DNA from: a virus
Lineage: Duplodnaviria > Caudoviricetes
Strand: one strand, 5' to 3'
Virus record (IMG/VR): IMGVR_UViG_3300034106_004043
DNA: 64,000 nt
The notes under the pieces are model-generated. The model did not search any database and was not told the origin of the DNA. It saw only the letters and a program-made list of their open reading frames with translations. Every line of letters starts with the position of its first letter. The stretch's first letter is position 1. Made by a program: the position numbers and the translations under genes. This document shows positions 34,592 to 45,833 of the stretch, piece by piece.

Positions 34592-37045
34592 TTGGCACTA
34601 AATTGGTATTCATTTTCGGGTTGTTGTAGTGGTACTACCTTTCAGGTTGAAGCTCCAAAACCTCCTTATAACTTTTCTTCAGGTAACACATATTATCTGA
34701 TAACTGACCAATACACGGGTTGTTCTCAATATTTAAGTTCAGGATATGCCTCAGGGACTACAGTATATAATTTGGAGAGTGGTAGTACATTATCATTTAC
34801 TAGTTGTACTCAATGTATTTCAACATATCCTTGTGTACCAAATCCTAGTCCAACTCCAACGTCAACACCCGCACCTACATCTACACCAACAGTTACACCA
34901 AGTATAACTCCAACAAACACACCAACAATCACTAAAACACCAACTAGCACTAAAACACCAACACCTACAAATACTTCGACAAAGACACCAACACCTTCAG
35001 TTACAAAAACAAACACACCTACGTTAACACAAACTCCAACATTAACACCAACACCTACAAATACCGGAACTCTTACTCCAACACCATCAATTACCGCAAC
35101 ACACACACCTACAAGAACATCAACACCAACATCAACGGTAACACCTACTAACACACCAACTAATACCGTAACATCAACTAACACACCAACACCATCAATA
35201 ACTTCAACCAATACTCCAACACCAACTGTTACCAAAACCCCATTACCAACATTTGCTGTAACTCAAACTGCAACACCAAGTGTTAGCGTTACTCAAACAC
35301 CAACACCAAGTCCAAGTACACCATACCAATGTGAACAAAATAGTTTTTGTGTTTCTATTAATCTATCAGGTTATAATGAATATAATGGAACATATTACAA
35401 TTATGGTAATTTTAATAGTTACGCTTTATTTTATTCACCCGACTCATTAACACCATCATACATTTATTACAATACTGTTGAAACAAGGTGGTGTTTATCC
35501 GAAACAAGTGGTGGAACATGTGTATTGTTTGGTCCAACAGGTAGTATTAGTTTATGTCCTGATTTAGACGAAACTTTATTTTTTACAAATTGTCCAACAC
35601 CAACTCCAACAAATACTGACCCTTGTAATGTATTTGACTTTACAGCAGTGTTTGATTGTAATATTACTTCAGGAGCAACTCCAACCCCAACTTTAAGTTT
35701 AACACCAACAACTACTCCAACCCCAACCCCAACACCAACACCATTATGTAATGGTAAATCTGTTATTTTCTCAGGTGTAAGTTATCCATTACCAGGACCA
35801 AGCCCGACACCATCTGTAACTCCAACAAACGCAGTTAAAGGAGTATCAATAACAGGTATTAGTGAATTCTTAACATTCTCAAACAAATTTTCAAGTCCAT
35901 ATTCAAAACTACTATTAGACTGTGATGGATATAACAAATATTTAGTTTATGGAGAAATACCATTTAACACAGGCGCAACATTTAGTGTTGTTATTAATAA
36001 TAATTCAGTTTGTGTAACTTATAATAGTGATGTTCTAAACGCACCAACACATGTTTTACAATCAATTGAAAGTGGTAACTTATTTGATTGTAGATTTTGT
36101 AATCCAGTATTAACTTCAACACCTACACCAACACCGACAATTACCCCAACCCCAACACAACCATGTCCAAATATAATACAAACAATATCAGTGGGAACAG
36201 GTCCATTCTTTATAGTATTTGACGATGTTAATGAATACATGTATGTAATTAATCAAACAAGTGATAATGTTACAGTTATTAACATTAACGATTATTCAAT
36301 TGTCACAACAATACCTGTGGGGAATCAACCTTTAGGTGGTGTATTGAATAACGATAATACAATATTATATGTTGGTAATTTCTCAGATAATACAATATCA
36401 GTAATTAACACATCAACGCTTTCAACAGGAACAACTATATCTGTAAATAGTGGCCCATACGGCTTAACGTATGATAATATTCAAGATGTATTATACGTTG
36501 CAGAATACAATAATGGTACTGTAAGTTCAATAAAAGGTGGTACAATAATTAATACATACTCAACAGGAACTCGACCACTTCAACCAGCGTTTAATGAAAA
36601 TAATTCACAAGTATATGTACCAAACACAATAAGTAGTACTGTGGTATCAATTGACACTATAAAAGGAATTACCGCATCAACTATAACAATGCCTTCCGGG
36701 TCTTTACCTAGATACTGTTTATATGTACCAATAAACAATACTGTATATACACTTTTAAATGGTACTGATAAAGTCATAACAATTAACCCAATAACTAACA
36801 CAACAGGAACAACAATAACTGTTGGTACAAATCCAATAGGTATGGCATTTGACACTAACAGTAACACACTATATGTAAGTAATGCAACAACAGATAATAT
36901 TAGTGTGATAGATGTATTAACTAATACAGTTATTAAAACAATTAATGTTGGTAATTTCCCAAGAGGTGTAGCATATGACACTAAATATGATAGAATCTAC
37001 GTTGAAAATAGTTTAGACAATACAGTATCGGTATTGTGTACATAA
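34592..37045 (+). CDS. modular putative virion appendage protein: Cys-rich module + Pro-Thr linkers + C-terminal YVTN/NHL-type beta-propeller
   Basis: Long TPT repeats. C-terminal repeats such as [33 protein letters not shown] and [14 protein letters not shown] start. Confidence 0.8.
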   Translation: MALNWYSFSGCCSGTTFQVEAPKPPYNFSSGNTYYLITDQYTGCSQYLSSGYASGTTVYNLESGSTLSFTSCTQCISTYPCVPNPSPTPTSTPAPTSTPTVTPSITPTNTPTITKTPTSTKTPTPTNTSTKTPTPSVTKTNTPTLTQTPTLTPTPTNTGTLTPTPSITATHTPTRTSTPTSTVTPTNTPTNTVTSTNTPTPSITSTNTPTPTVTKTPLPTFAVTQTATPSVSVTQTPTPSPSTPYQCEQNSFCVSINLSGYNEYNGTYYNYGNFNSYALFYSPDSLTPSYIYYNTVETRWCLSETSGGTCVLFGPTGSISLCPDLDETLFFTNCPTPTPTNTDPCNVFDFTAVFDCNITSGATPTPTLSLTPTTTPTPTPTPTPLCNGKSVIFSGVSYPLPGPSPTPSVTPTNAVKGVSITGISEFLTFSNKFSSPYSKLLLDCDGYNKYLVYGEIPFNTGATFSVVINNNSVCVTYNSDVLNAPTHVLQSIESGNLFDCRFCNPVLTSTPTPTPTITPTPTQPCPNIIQTISVGTGPFFIVFDDVNEYMYVINQTSDNVTVININDYSIVTTIPVGNQPLGGVLNNDNTILYVGNFSDNTISVINTSTLSTGTTISVNSGPYGLTYDNIQDVLYVAEYNNGTVSSIKGGTIINTYSTGTRPLQPAFNENNSQVYVPNTISSTVVSIDTIKGITASTITMPSGSLPRYCLYVPINNTVYTLLNGTDKVITINPITNTTGTTITVGTNPIGMAFDTNSNTLYVSNATTDNISVIDVLTNTVIKTINVGNFPRGVAYDTKYDRIYVENSLDNTVSVLCT

Positions 37046-37050
37046 CAAAA

Positions 37051-37070
37051 AAGGTGTCAAACGACACCTT
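37051..37070. terminator. bidirectional intrinsic terminator
   Basis: Perfect 8-bp stem AAGGTGTC-AAAC-GACACCTT between convergent genes, with A/T tracts on both sides. Confidence 0.75.
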
Positions 37071-37091
37071 AATTTTAAATTAAAAATCTTA

Positions 37092-37685
37092 TTATTTTTT
37101 AGAATTTAGATAACTTAATACAACAGTATAAGCATCTGTCATATCAAAATTCTCTTTCTTTAAAGTATTGTTTCTTGTATATAACCAATTAATTTGAGGT
37201 TCTCTCTTCGCAACAAGTTCCCATATAATCATCTTCTTATCACAATCTTTTGGATACCCCCCAAATAATACAAACTTACCTTTCTCGTTTTTTTTAACCA
37301 ATTCAGGCCAAGCTTCTTTTCTTGAGTTATATGTTGAGACGTATTCAGGAACGATACCTAATACATCATAAACTTCTTTAGTAATTAATGTGTTGTATCT
37401 TAATAGTGTTCCGATAGTATAAGCATTATTACTATTCAACAAAGGTTCTTCAATTACACATCTAACAACACCAACACCTTTGTATTCCTCCAACTTCTTT
37501 CTGAATGTCGCAGATTTTAATAACATTTCTTCAATCTTGGTTTCAGGTGTCGGTTTTGGTTGTGGTGAAACATGTGTCAACTCCAATAAATCTCTTGAAG
37601 ATAAATCAAACAATGCAACACCAATAGTTTTAGTTGAAACATCCAATCCCAAAATCTTAGGAGAATTCTTAATACTTTTTGCCAT
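37092..37685 (-). CDS. RuvC-like Holliday junction resolvase
   Basis: ILGLDVSTKTIG, VIEEP and DMTDAY acidic catalytic motifs. Confidence 0.8.
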   Translation of the reverse strand: MAKSIKNSPKILGLDVSTKTIGVALFDLSSRDLLELTHVSPQPKPTPETKIEEMLLKSATFRKKLEEYKGVGVVRCVIEEPLLNSNNAYTIGTLLRYNTLITKEVYDVLGIVPEYVSTYNSRKEAWPELVKKNEKGKFVLFGGYPKDCDKKMIIWELVAKREPQINWLYTRNNTLKKENFDMTDAYTVVLSYLNSKK

Positions 37686-37741
37686 ATCTAATGTTAGTTA
37701 TTAGATTTAATATTAAATTAATTAACTTAATAGTAAATAAT

Positions 37742-39928
37742 TTAAAAATCTAACTTAACAACTGCTTGTTGAACACCTTGTCTTATTTGAGGTGATTGGA
37801 ATTTAGTCAGTACTAATAAGTTTTTATTAACATCATATAAACCTATTTCAGACATATAAGGTGTGTTACCCGCAGTCCAAGTTGGGTTAGATGTATTAAC
37901 AAATTGAGTATTAGGTAGATTAATTATATATCTCATCTCATAAATTGTTGCCTGAATATCAGTATTAACATTACCATAGAATGAATATTCATCACCAAAC
38001 CCTAAATAATTTGTCTCAGTCGCCAATGGAATTTCAATCTGATTACTTAAATTATATGAACTACCATTATTATATATTGTAGGTGTAATTGTATATGTTA
38101 TCGCACTTAATCCAACAGGATTAATATAACCACCAACTGTATAACCTGATAAAGAATTAGTAAAATCAATTGAAACCCATTTTGTCGGGTCGGGAGTGAC
38201 TTGTGATGTCGTACCTGTTTGCACCAACATTGTAAAACCTGTTGCAAAAAACCCATTAGTTGCACCTGTCGTCATACATCCAAACTCATCCCCAAATCTA
38301 ACAATAACATTTTGTTCTGTTGTACTAACACCTGTTACTGGTCCAATAATTTTTTGATAATAATTACAATGAAGTCCTTGCCATGGTCCTTGGAATGAGT
38401 AAGTCACCCAAGCACATTGTTGGTCATTATCAAGTAAACCATCTGTGGTATTATCACCACAAGAACCAGGTGTAACCAATCCTAATTTAGGTGCAGGTAA
38501 TGTGTAATTTCTATTAGAGATATTATTCATTACCGCAACGATTTCCTCATCATCAAAAATAATAACTTTATCATCAGGAAAAACTTTTCCAACTCTATTT
38601 GGTAATCCATTTTTTGGATTTGGATGAGTATCATATAAATGATAATATCTCATACCAGGTGAATTCATGTCTGAGTTCTTAAGTGATTTTAAATAATAAG
38701 GTGTTAATAAATCGTAGTTATTAAATCCTGCAGGGTCTATCCAAAATGTCTCTCCACTACAACAAGTTGTTGGGTTTTTATGCCACATTAACCAAGGTAA
38801 ATTAATACTAAAGTTCCTTGCCTGTCCTGTCGCTCCAGGATTTGTGGTGTCATAAGCTTCACAAGCAAACTTTTCACCATAAAAATTAATAATCGTATTG
38901 TTAGTATAATGTACTATCGCAACCGCCTTTTGTTCTTCAGGTGTCACTATAATTTCCTCATTAAATGAGTTATAATAATAAACATTAGAAGTACCACTTT
39001 GTCCACTTGAGGACATGTAACCAAAATACTCTTTTGAACTAATGTAATCTTTTGAACCAAAGTCATTAAATTGTCTGTAAGGTGTTATTAAACCAGCAGG
39101 ATTAACCGACCAAGGAATATTCATATTCCAAACTTTAACTAAACCATCTTCAGGTGTACAAACTGATTCGTAATTAATAACACTATCATTCCAATAGTTC
39201 ATCGGTGTTGGTAAATCATAACCAGTCATACCTGATGGGTAAAAGAATAAACGAGCATTACCCGTATATCCAATAGTATTTAAATCAGGTAAAAATCTAT
39301 CTAAAGTAATGTTTAATCCATTAACACTTATAACTTTGTATGTTAATATAGGATGACACGAATCAATACAACCACAAGATGACCCTCCACTCATATAGAT
39401 GGTAACAAAAGTACCTGCTGAAATAGTGGTACCTGATGCTGAATCAGAACAAGGACTTGAACTCATAGTTAAAATCGTACTTCCACCATTAAATGATGAA
39501 CCAGATAAATTAACAACATATTGTGAGTTGTAGGTATAAGCACTTGTATGATATGGCATAAAACAAGTAGACGCAGTAGTAGCTGTTACAAAAAAACCAC
39601 TAGGTGCCGCAGTGTTATAAACTGAATCATCCGCAGATGCCATAAATGGAATACCGTAAGTTATACCATTAAATCCTTGTAAATAAAATGGGTATTTAAT
39701 ATCCGTTCTTGTAGATTGTGGAATACCAACATTGTTTTGAGCATTGTATGGCGGTTCCAAAACCATATAATCAGAATTATCGTAATTAGATAAAGCGGTG
39801 TAATTAACTTCACTATCACCTATTTGAAAATAAGCCACGTTGAAATTACCTTCGGATATTTTTCTTCTCCCAACATCCGTTAATCTTGTTACAAGTAATC
39901 CTTGATTTTCTTTTATTATATAACCCAT
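37742..39928 (-). CDS. virion structural protein, baseplate/tail-collar type
   Basis: N-terminal LTDVGRRKI...FQIGDSEVNY and C-terminal MSEIGLYD...LLVLTK...P motifs typical of baseplate/collar-fibre proteins. Confidence 0.65.
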   Translation of the reverse strand: MGYIIKENQGLLVTRLTDVGRRKISEGNFNVAYFQIGDSEVNYTALSNYDNSDYMVLEPPYNAQNNVGIPQSTRTDIKYPFYLQGFNGITYGIPFMASADDSVYNTAAPSGFFVTATTASTCFMPYHTSAYTYNSQYVVNLSGSSFNGGSTILTMSSSPCSDSASGTTISAGTFVTIYMSGGSSCGCIDSCHPILTYKVISVNGLNITLDRFLPDLNTIGYTGNARLFFYPSGMTGYDLPTPMNYWNDSVINYESVCTPEDGLVKVWNMNIPWSVNPAGLITPYRQFNDFGSKDYISSKEYFGYMSSSGQSGTSNVYYYNSFNEEIIVTPEEQKAVAIVHYTNNTIINFYGEKFACEAYDTTNPGATGQARNFSINLPWLMWHKNPTTCCSGETFWIDPAGFNNYDLLTPYYLKSLKNSDMNSPGMRYYHLYDTHPNPKNGLPNRVGKVFPDDKVIIFDDEEIVAVMNNISNRNYTLPAPKLGLVTPGSCGDNTTDGLLDNDQQCAWVTYSFQGPWQGLHCNYYQKIIGPVTGVSTTEQNVIVRFGDEFGCMTTGATNGFFATGFTMLVQTGTTSQVTPDPTKWVSIDFTNSLSGYTVGGYINPVGLSAITYTITPTIYNNGSSYNLSNQIEIPLATETNYLGFGDEYSFYGNVNTDIQATIYEMRYIINLPNTQFVNTSNPTWTAGNTPYMSEIGLYDVNKNLLVLTKFQSPQIRQGVQQAVVKLDF

Positions 39929-39963
39929 TTCTAATAATTATCTATTATTTATATTTTATTCTA

Positions 39964-41439
39964 TTAAGGCCCATATGAATTTAAAAGAACCGACCCACTA
40001 ACAGGTTGCCCAACAGATTTTTGAATATCTAAAGTTATTATTCTAAGGAGATAATTTACATCAAATCCTGTTGATAAATAACCACAAATATTTGTAGTTT
40101 CAGAATTTGTATGTACAAAACCACCAGATAATTTTATCATATCATAACATGTTGTAAGTTGTGGTGTTCCATCAAATGACCAACTAAATGTTAATTCAAT
40201 ATCTAATTGGTCACCTCTATTAATAGTTAATTGATTGTTACTTGTGTATATATAATTATCATTTTTAATTGACCCACAAGGACTATTATCAACAATGTTT
40301 GATAGTGACGAACCTAATGTAAATGGTATTGTTTGTTGCGTACCATTTTGAAAAGTTTGAATTACATTAAATGAAATGGTGTAATTGATAGAATTATTTA
40401 TCAACTGAATTAATTCAACTTGTGGATTAAAAGTTAGGTATGTCGTTATTTGAGAACCTTGTGGTAATGAAGGATAAGTTACGTTTGAAGTATAAGTTAA
40501 ATTTGAAACAACTGGATAGGTATTAGATATTACATTATTAACTTGTGTAGAATAATTAATTTCAACAGGTTCTGTATTTATAATTTCAAAACTTACTGAG
40601 TCACTAATATTACCATTAGAATCAATAGCTTGTGCGGTATGTGAACCCACAGATAATCCAAATATAACGTTTGAATTCTTCAATTGCCCATCAACATAAT
40701 ATGTAAATGGTCCACCTGAGTTTGATGTAGCAATTAATGTAACAGAGCCATTATTTTCATTTATAAATGAACATCCAGGTTCTGTTTGATATTGTAAATC
40801 AACAACTGTAGATTGGGTATTAGCACTACACGCACCTTCTAAAAAATTTGCAGATACTCCAACAATATTTCCAATCCCACCTCCAATCCAAATACCTGTC
40901 GGCTGGTCATTTAATGGACTTGGGTTTTTAGTAAATGAAATAATCCCTATTGAACAATCATTTGTTATAGAAAATGTGTTTTGGTTTTCAACTGATGAAA
41001 CCCAACCGTTACTACCATAAGACAATGTCATTCCTGTAACTCCAATGTCCGAAATATTAACTAATGAATAAACGGGATGGTAATTTTGAGTTGACGCACT
41101 TATAAAATTCAAAAATATTGGTGTACCACATAATTCAAATGTTAAACACAATTCAGGAGAATAATAAATTGGTGTAGGACTTGATATTGAACAACAATAT
41201 GAAGGTGCCGATGAACATGTATTAACGTCACTTGATACTAATGTCGCAGTGTCCGCAATATAATCAAATCCTGACATACTCAACCCTAATATCTGTTCAA
41301 TTATACAACAGAAATTATACCCACCAACTGATTGAATATACCACATCTCACCAACTAATGCACCACTTGGCATATTAACGATGTACTGGTTACCACTACA
41401 ACAATCTGATACTAAATAATTATAAGGAGTCACAATCAT
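39964..41439 (-). CDS. putative virion appendage protein with a Cys-rich module and a SprB-like repeat
   Basis: DCCSG N-terminus; PGC...NNGSVTL....GGPFTY...GLSVGSHTAQAIDSNG. Confidence 0.65.
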   Translation of the reverse strand: MIVTPYNYLVSDCCSGNQYIVNMPSGALVGEMWYIQSVGGYNFCCIIEQILGLSMSGFDYIADTATLVSSDVNTCSSAPSYCCSISSPTPIYYSPELCLTFELCGTPIFLNFISASTQNYHPVYSLVNISDIGVTGMTLSYGSNGWVSSVENQNTFSITNDCSIGIISFTKNPSPLNDQPTGIWIGGGIGNIVGVSANFLEGACSANTQSTVVDLQYQTEPGCSFINENNGSVTLIATSNSGGPFTYYVDGQLKNSNVIFGLSVGSHTAQAIDSNGNISDSVSFEIINTEPVEINYSTQVNNVISNTYPVVSNLTYTSNVTYPSLPQGSQITTYLTFNPQVELIQLINNSINYTISFNVIQTFQNGTQQTIPFTLGSSLSNIVDNSPCGSIKNDNYIYTSNNQLTINRGDQLDIELTFSWSFDGTPQLTTCYDMIKLSGGFVHTNSETTNICGYLSTGFDVNYLLRIITLDIQKSVGQPVSGSVLLNSYGP

Positions 41440-41496
41440 AATTTACTATACTATAAATAATAGTACTAATGTTTTTTAAAAATGAAATAAATATCA

Positions 41497-44400
41497 TTAT
41501 GGTTTTACCGTAATATTCCAATTGTATGGAGAATTTTTAAGTAATAAATAATATGGATTAGTTAAACCTCCCGTCGGTGATTCAGGTTGTGGGAATGTGG
41601 TTCCTGTAAACAATAAAGTCTTATTGTACAAAGTATTTGCCGTCGCAATAGTCGCAACATCTTGTAAAATATAATCTACCGCCGCGGTTTTAAGGTCACT
41701 ACCTCTAAAATCTAATGATAACATATTGGTCATTGCTGAGAATGTTGATGTCCATCCTGTTAATGTTGGGATTCCCACACTAAATGTTCTCAAAGTTGAT
41801 GGGAAATTACCTTGTATTATTTGTGTACTATCTATGAAATTATTACTTCCAATATCTAATGTAACTACTGAGGTATGTGCGGATAAATTTGTTGTACCTG
41901 TTAATATATTATCATATAGACTAATTGATGTTGCCCCTTGAGTGTAATTAAAATCAAAATTCTGTAAAATATTACTTTCAAAATTTATTGTTCTAATAGA
42001 CGTTGGGAATAGTGTTGTCCATCCTGATAAACCAACACTATTTAAATTGAAAGTTTGTAATGACGTTGCTCCCGTTAAATCTACCGACCATTGAGGAACA
42101 GTCTGTAAAGTTGCTGAAACATCACTCATATTAAAAGTCACACAACTAGTCGGGAAGTTACTTGTATATCCTGTTATATCATTTGAATCCAATCTCAAAG
42201 TTTGTATACTATTAGGGAATATAGGTGGTAATGATGTCAAATTATTACTATCTAACCTTAACGTTGTTAACGATGTACAAGCTGAGATAGTATTTGTGAA
42301 TGAACTTAAAACAAGATTACTATTTAAATTTAAATCAGTTAAATTCGTATTTGCTGATAAATCAATATCAAAATTACGGATTCTGTTACCACTAAGATTG
42401 GCAATTTCAGCAGATACTGGTAATGTATAGGTCCATCCTGATAATGATGTATTAGAAAAAACATTTATTAATTCAAGACCTGTACAACCCGATAAATTAT
42501 TGGTCACATTAAGTATTGGTAATGATGTATTAAGTACAATGTATATTTGATTGAATGTTGAGCCAGTTGGTACCGTCACATTCAAGTTAGTTAAACTATT
42601 ATTACCAATTAAAGTTAAAGTTCTAAATGAACTACTTCCTGAAAAATTGTAGGTAAACCCTGATATATCAGTATTCTGAATTAATAGTTCCCTAAATACG
42701 GGTAATGTCGCCAAATTAGTTGTAGGACTAAATTGGAAATTTTGAGACCCTGGAGCATTTGTATTATAGATATAAAAATCAACAAGTGAGTTAGGTAAAC
42801 TAGAACTGAAATCAGTTAGAGTCGTACCTGATAACCATATATCAGTCGCAGCAGTAAATGCACTAAAAGTGTAAACATTTTCAATGATATCTGAGATATT
42901 AAATAATCTAATTTCCTGAATATTATTAGTAGACGTTACGGATGAAAGTTGGAAATTATCAAATGTTGCAGTGTATAGGTTAGAATCATACGTATGATTG
43001 TACGAATATGCAGAATATGATGGTGAATATGGTGGATTCGTAATATTAACAGGAAGTGTTGATGCATCACCCCAATTAATATTAAAACTACTATCAGGTG
43101 CAGTTATAAAGGTCGATATTAATGGATTCGTATCAATAATATTTTGTACTTGGAAATAAGGTCCAATTGGAAGAACCGCTGTTTGAGTTGGAGTAAGAGT
43201 TGGTGTTGGTGTTAATGTTGTTGTTGCCGTTGGGGTTAATGTTGTTGTCGTTGTTGGAGTTGGTGTTAACGTCGGTGTCGTTGTTGGAGTTGGTGTAAAT
43301 GTTGGTGTAACCGTTGGTGTTGGTGTTAATGTTGCCGTTGGAGTTGGACTAGGACACGGGTGTGCTGAGTTACATGTATCACAATCTCCAATAAACTGTG
43401 ATTGATATACTAATGTAGCAACGTCAATATCGATTGTTCCAACTGTATAACATAGATTATTTGTTGCAACAATTATATCACCAACAACTAAATTATTTGG
43501 AACATAACCTTTACCATTTGTACCACCACAACATGAAATTAATCTTCTAAACGACCAAGCAGTTGGTGTAGGAGTTTGAGTATTTGTTGGAGTAGATGTA
43601 ACAGTTGGGGTAGATGTTAAAGTTGGCGTAACACTTGGAGTAGACGTTTGTGTCGGTGTTGGATTATTAGTAGGAGTAACTGATGGTGTAGGTGTTGGTG
43701 TTTGAGTAGGTGTTTGAGTAGGTGTCTGAGTAGGAGTTTGACTATTAACCGGCATTGGGTTAGTTACAATACAAGTCACTGTTTGACTTTGTTGGAACAC
43801 TCCTTCACCGCTATCAGTAACTAAAATAGTATATGTACCAGCAGTTAATCCAACCGCGCTAAACGAGTCATTACCTGTTGTAGTAACACCATTAAATGTG
43901 TAGGAAAATGGTTGTGTACCATCTACAACAGTAATGTAAATTGACCCATTATTTCCACCATAATAAGTCGGTGATGTTGATGAACAATAAGCAATTATTG
44001 ACCTAGGAGCGTCAAGTAATATACAATCAACAGTTTCAATATAATCACCATAAAAATCATAAACAATAGATGTATATGTTCCAGCTGAAACATTACTATA
44101 AACTTGAAATGTTTGTCCATTAGTGCTTTGTCCAACCGCAGTTGTACTTGTACCTGTAAAAATAGAATAAGGAGGAGTTCCCCCTACAATATATAAACCT
44201 ACTTGCCCGTCCAATGAATCGGTCGCTGAAGGAAAAGTTCTTATACAAGTAACCTCCATTGGAAAAATTGTTTTTAACGAGCAATCATTGACTAATGCGG
44301 TTGTTGAATACTGAGCATTTAAATCAACGGTAATACCTGTAGGACATGGATTTAATAAATTACAAGTTGTACAACTTGTTTGTCCAGTCATTCCAACTAA

Positions 44401-44574
44401 ATTATATGTGGTTGGTTGATAATTTAATGCGGGAATCTCAACGTATTCACCACAAAATATTTCGCCTTCAAGAGTTTCAATATAATATATCTCAAACTCA
44501 GACACATAACCAGGAATACCAGTTAAGTAGAAATATTCATTACTATCACAACAATTTTTAAATCCTAAAGCCAT
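41497..44574 (-). CDS. modular putative virion appendage protein: two Cys-rich modules, two SprB-like repeats, Pro-Thr linkers, C-terminal LRR solenoid
   Basis: NCCD and SCCG modules; NNGSIYITVVDGTQPFSYTF...GLTAGTYTILVTDS; LRRs such as SLTTLRLDSNNLTSLP and SIQTLRLDSNDIT. Confidence 0.75.
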   Translation of the reverse strand: MALGFKNCCDSNEYFYLTGIPGYVSEFEIYYIETLEGEIFCGEYVEIPALNYQPTTYNLVGMTGQTSCTTCNLLNPCPTGITVDLNAQYSTTALVNDCSLKTIFPMEVTCIRTFPSATDSLDGQVGLYIVGGTPPYSIFTGTSTTAVGQSTNGQTFQVYSNVSAGTYTSIVYDFYGDYIETVDCILLDAPRSIIAYCSSTSPTYYGGNNGSIYITVVDGTQPFSYTFNGVTTTGNDSFSAVGLTAGTYTILVTDSGEGVFQQSQTVTCIVTNPMPVNSQTPTQTPTQTPTQTPTPTPSVTPTNNPTPTQTSTPSVTPTLTSTPTVTSTPTNTQTPTPTAWSFRRLISCCGGTNGKGYVPNNLVVGDIIVATNNLCYTVGTIDIDVATLVYQSQFIGDCDTCNSAHPCPSPTPTATLTPTPTVTPTFTPTPTTTPTLTPTPTTTTTLTPTATTTLTPTPTLTPTQTAVLPIGPYFQVQNIIDTNPLISTFITAPDSSFNINWGDASTLPVNITNPPYSPSYSAYSYNHTYDSNLYTATFDNFQLSSVTSTNNIQEIRLFNISDIIENVYTFSAFTAATDIWLSGTTLTDFSSSLPNSLVDFYIYNTNAPGSQNFQFSPTTNLATLPVFRELLIQNTDISGFTYNFSGSSSFRTLTLIGNNSLTNLNVTVPTGSTFNQIYIVLNTSLPILNVTNNLSGCTGLELINVFSNTSLSGWTYTLPVSAEIANLSGNRIRNFDIDLSANTNLTDLNLNSNLVLSSFTNTISACTSLTTLRLDSNNLTSLPPIFPNSIQTLRLDSNDITGYTSNFPTSCVTFNMSDVSATLQTVPQWSVDLTGATSLQTFNLNSVGLSGWTTLFPTSIRTINFESNILQNFDFNYTQGATSISLYDNILTGTTNLSAHTSVVTLDIGSNNFIDSTQIIQGNFPSTLRTFSVGIPTLTGWTSTFSAMTNMLSLDFRGSDLKTAAVDYILQDVATIATANTLYNKTLLFTGTTFPQPESPTGGLTNPYYLLLKNSPYNWNITVKP

Positions 44575-44626
44575 TAACTATAAATAACAAGATTTTCATT
44601 TTTATGAATATTAAAAACGAAATATA

Positions 44627-44905
44627 TTAAGAAGTAGGTGTCGGTGTTGGTGTTGGTGTGTTAGTAGGTGTCTGAGTAGGGGTTGGACAATTATAAATTG
44701 TCATAGTTTCACATAAATTAGAATCGACAATCTTTAACATAAATGATTGTATCCCATAAAATGTTGATGGAACATAAACATTTATTGGCCAATAAATTGG
44801 GTCGTATTCTGTTTGTACTAATTCACAATTATTTCCACCATAATCACAGACATAAAACTGAAAGGGTGGTGTACCATCAATATTAGATATTTGTATATAA
44901 GCCAT
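44627..44905 (-). CDS. small Cys-containing protein with a Pro-Thr tail, paralogue of 34366..34587
   Basis: IDGTPPFQFYVCDYGGNNC...LKIVDSNLC. Confidence 0.75.
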   Translation of the reverse strand: MAYIQISNIDGTPPFQFYVCDYGGNNCELVQTEYDPIYWPINVYVPSTFYGIQSFMLKIVDSNLCETMTIYNCPTPTQTPTNTPTPTPTPTS

Positions 44906-44914
44906 ATTATATAA

Positions 44915-45823
44915 TTACCAACAAGTTATGATTACTAAACCGTCACCACCAGGACCTCCAGCACCACCAGCAGATAGAGATGTTCCAGCACCTCCTCCCC
45001 CACCTCCGCACCCAGGACCCCCTTTACCACCAACACCTCCCACACCAGCATTGTTACTAGCACCACCTGTACCTCCAAGACTAACAAATGGTTTCATCAT
45101 AAACATTCCATTAACACCTGCCCCACCAGCCGCGGCTCCTCCAACAACATCAACAACAAAACCTCTACCCGATATTGACCCACCATTTGCACTTGTACCA
45201 GGGTTTGCCGCATTTATACCACCTCCACCTCGTCCAGCAGAAAATGGTATAGAACCTGTTCCATATACACCAGCAAGTGGTGAAGCAGTTGCGTTACCAT
45301 CTCCACCTGTTATACCAATTCTATTTGTAAATGTTCCTAATGACACCATACCCATACCTGTATTAGTTGTCGCGGTACCTCCCGCACCTCCTGTACCACC
45401 CGCAGCACCTGTTCCAGGATTTCCGGCCGCTCCTCCATTAGCCTGAGCAATATATAAATTATTTAAACTCACCGTACCACCTAAGTTAGTACTAACAATT
45501 GATTGACCACCAGCAGTACCCGCAGTTGCAGGATTACCACCAGCACCACCTGGTCCTCCCGTACCAACCAATATGAGTAAACTATCTGATAGAAAAATTT
45601 TAGGTATAACTACACGAGTAAGAGCACCTGTTCCTCCACCTCCACCTCCACCACCAGCTGAACCAGCGGCTCGAGTAAATCCACCTCCTCCTCCACCTCC
45701 TGCACCCATACATAAGATATAGACCATAGTTATACCTTTAGGTAAAGTGTAAGCATATTGACCCGCAGTATAATATATTTGCGTTTTGTGAGCGTTATTT
45801 GTTAAATTATATGCAAAATCCAT
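44915..45823 (-). CDS. glycine-rich domain protein, paralogue 3 (putative adhesin)
   Basis: PKGITMVYI..MGAGGGGG N-terminal block and GGDGLVIITCW C-terminus. Confidence 0.8.
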   Translation of the reverse strand: MDFAYNLTNNAHKTQIYYTAGQYAYTLPKGITMVYILCMGAGGGGGGGFTRAAGSAGGGGGGGGTGALTRVVIPKIFLSDSLLILVGTGGPGGAGGNPATAGTAGGQSIVSTNLGGTVSLNNLYIAQANGGAAGNPGTGAAGGTGGAGGTATTNTGMGMVSLGTFTNRIGITGGDGNATASPLAGVYGTGSIPFSAGRGGGGINAANPGTSANGGSISGRGFVVDVVGGAAAGGAGVNGMFMMKPFVSLGGTGGASNNAGVGGVGGKGGPGCGGGGGGAGTSLSAGGAGGPGGDGLVIITCW

Positions 45824-45833
45824 AATTAAATTT

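Noticed and set aside
34810-36981. Antisense VGVGV-type ORFs opposite the Pro-Thr protein
   Set aside because: Reverse-complement shadows of TPT codons.
39946-39953. T4-type late promoter TATAAATA on the minus strand before the baseplate gene
   Set aside because: A single case. All other copies of the motif have the opposite orientation relative to their genes, so the T4 late-promoter reading is not supported.
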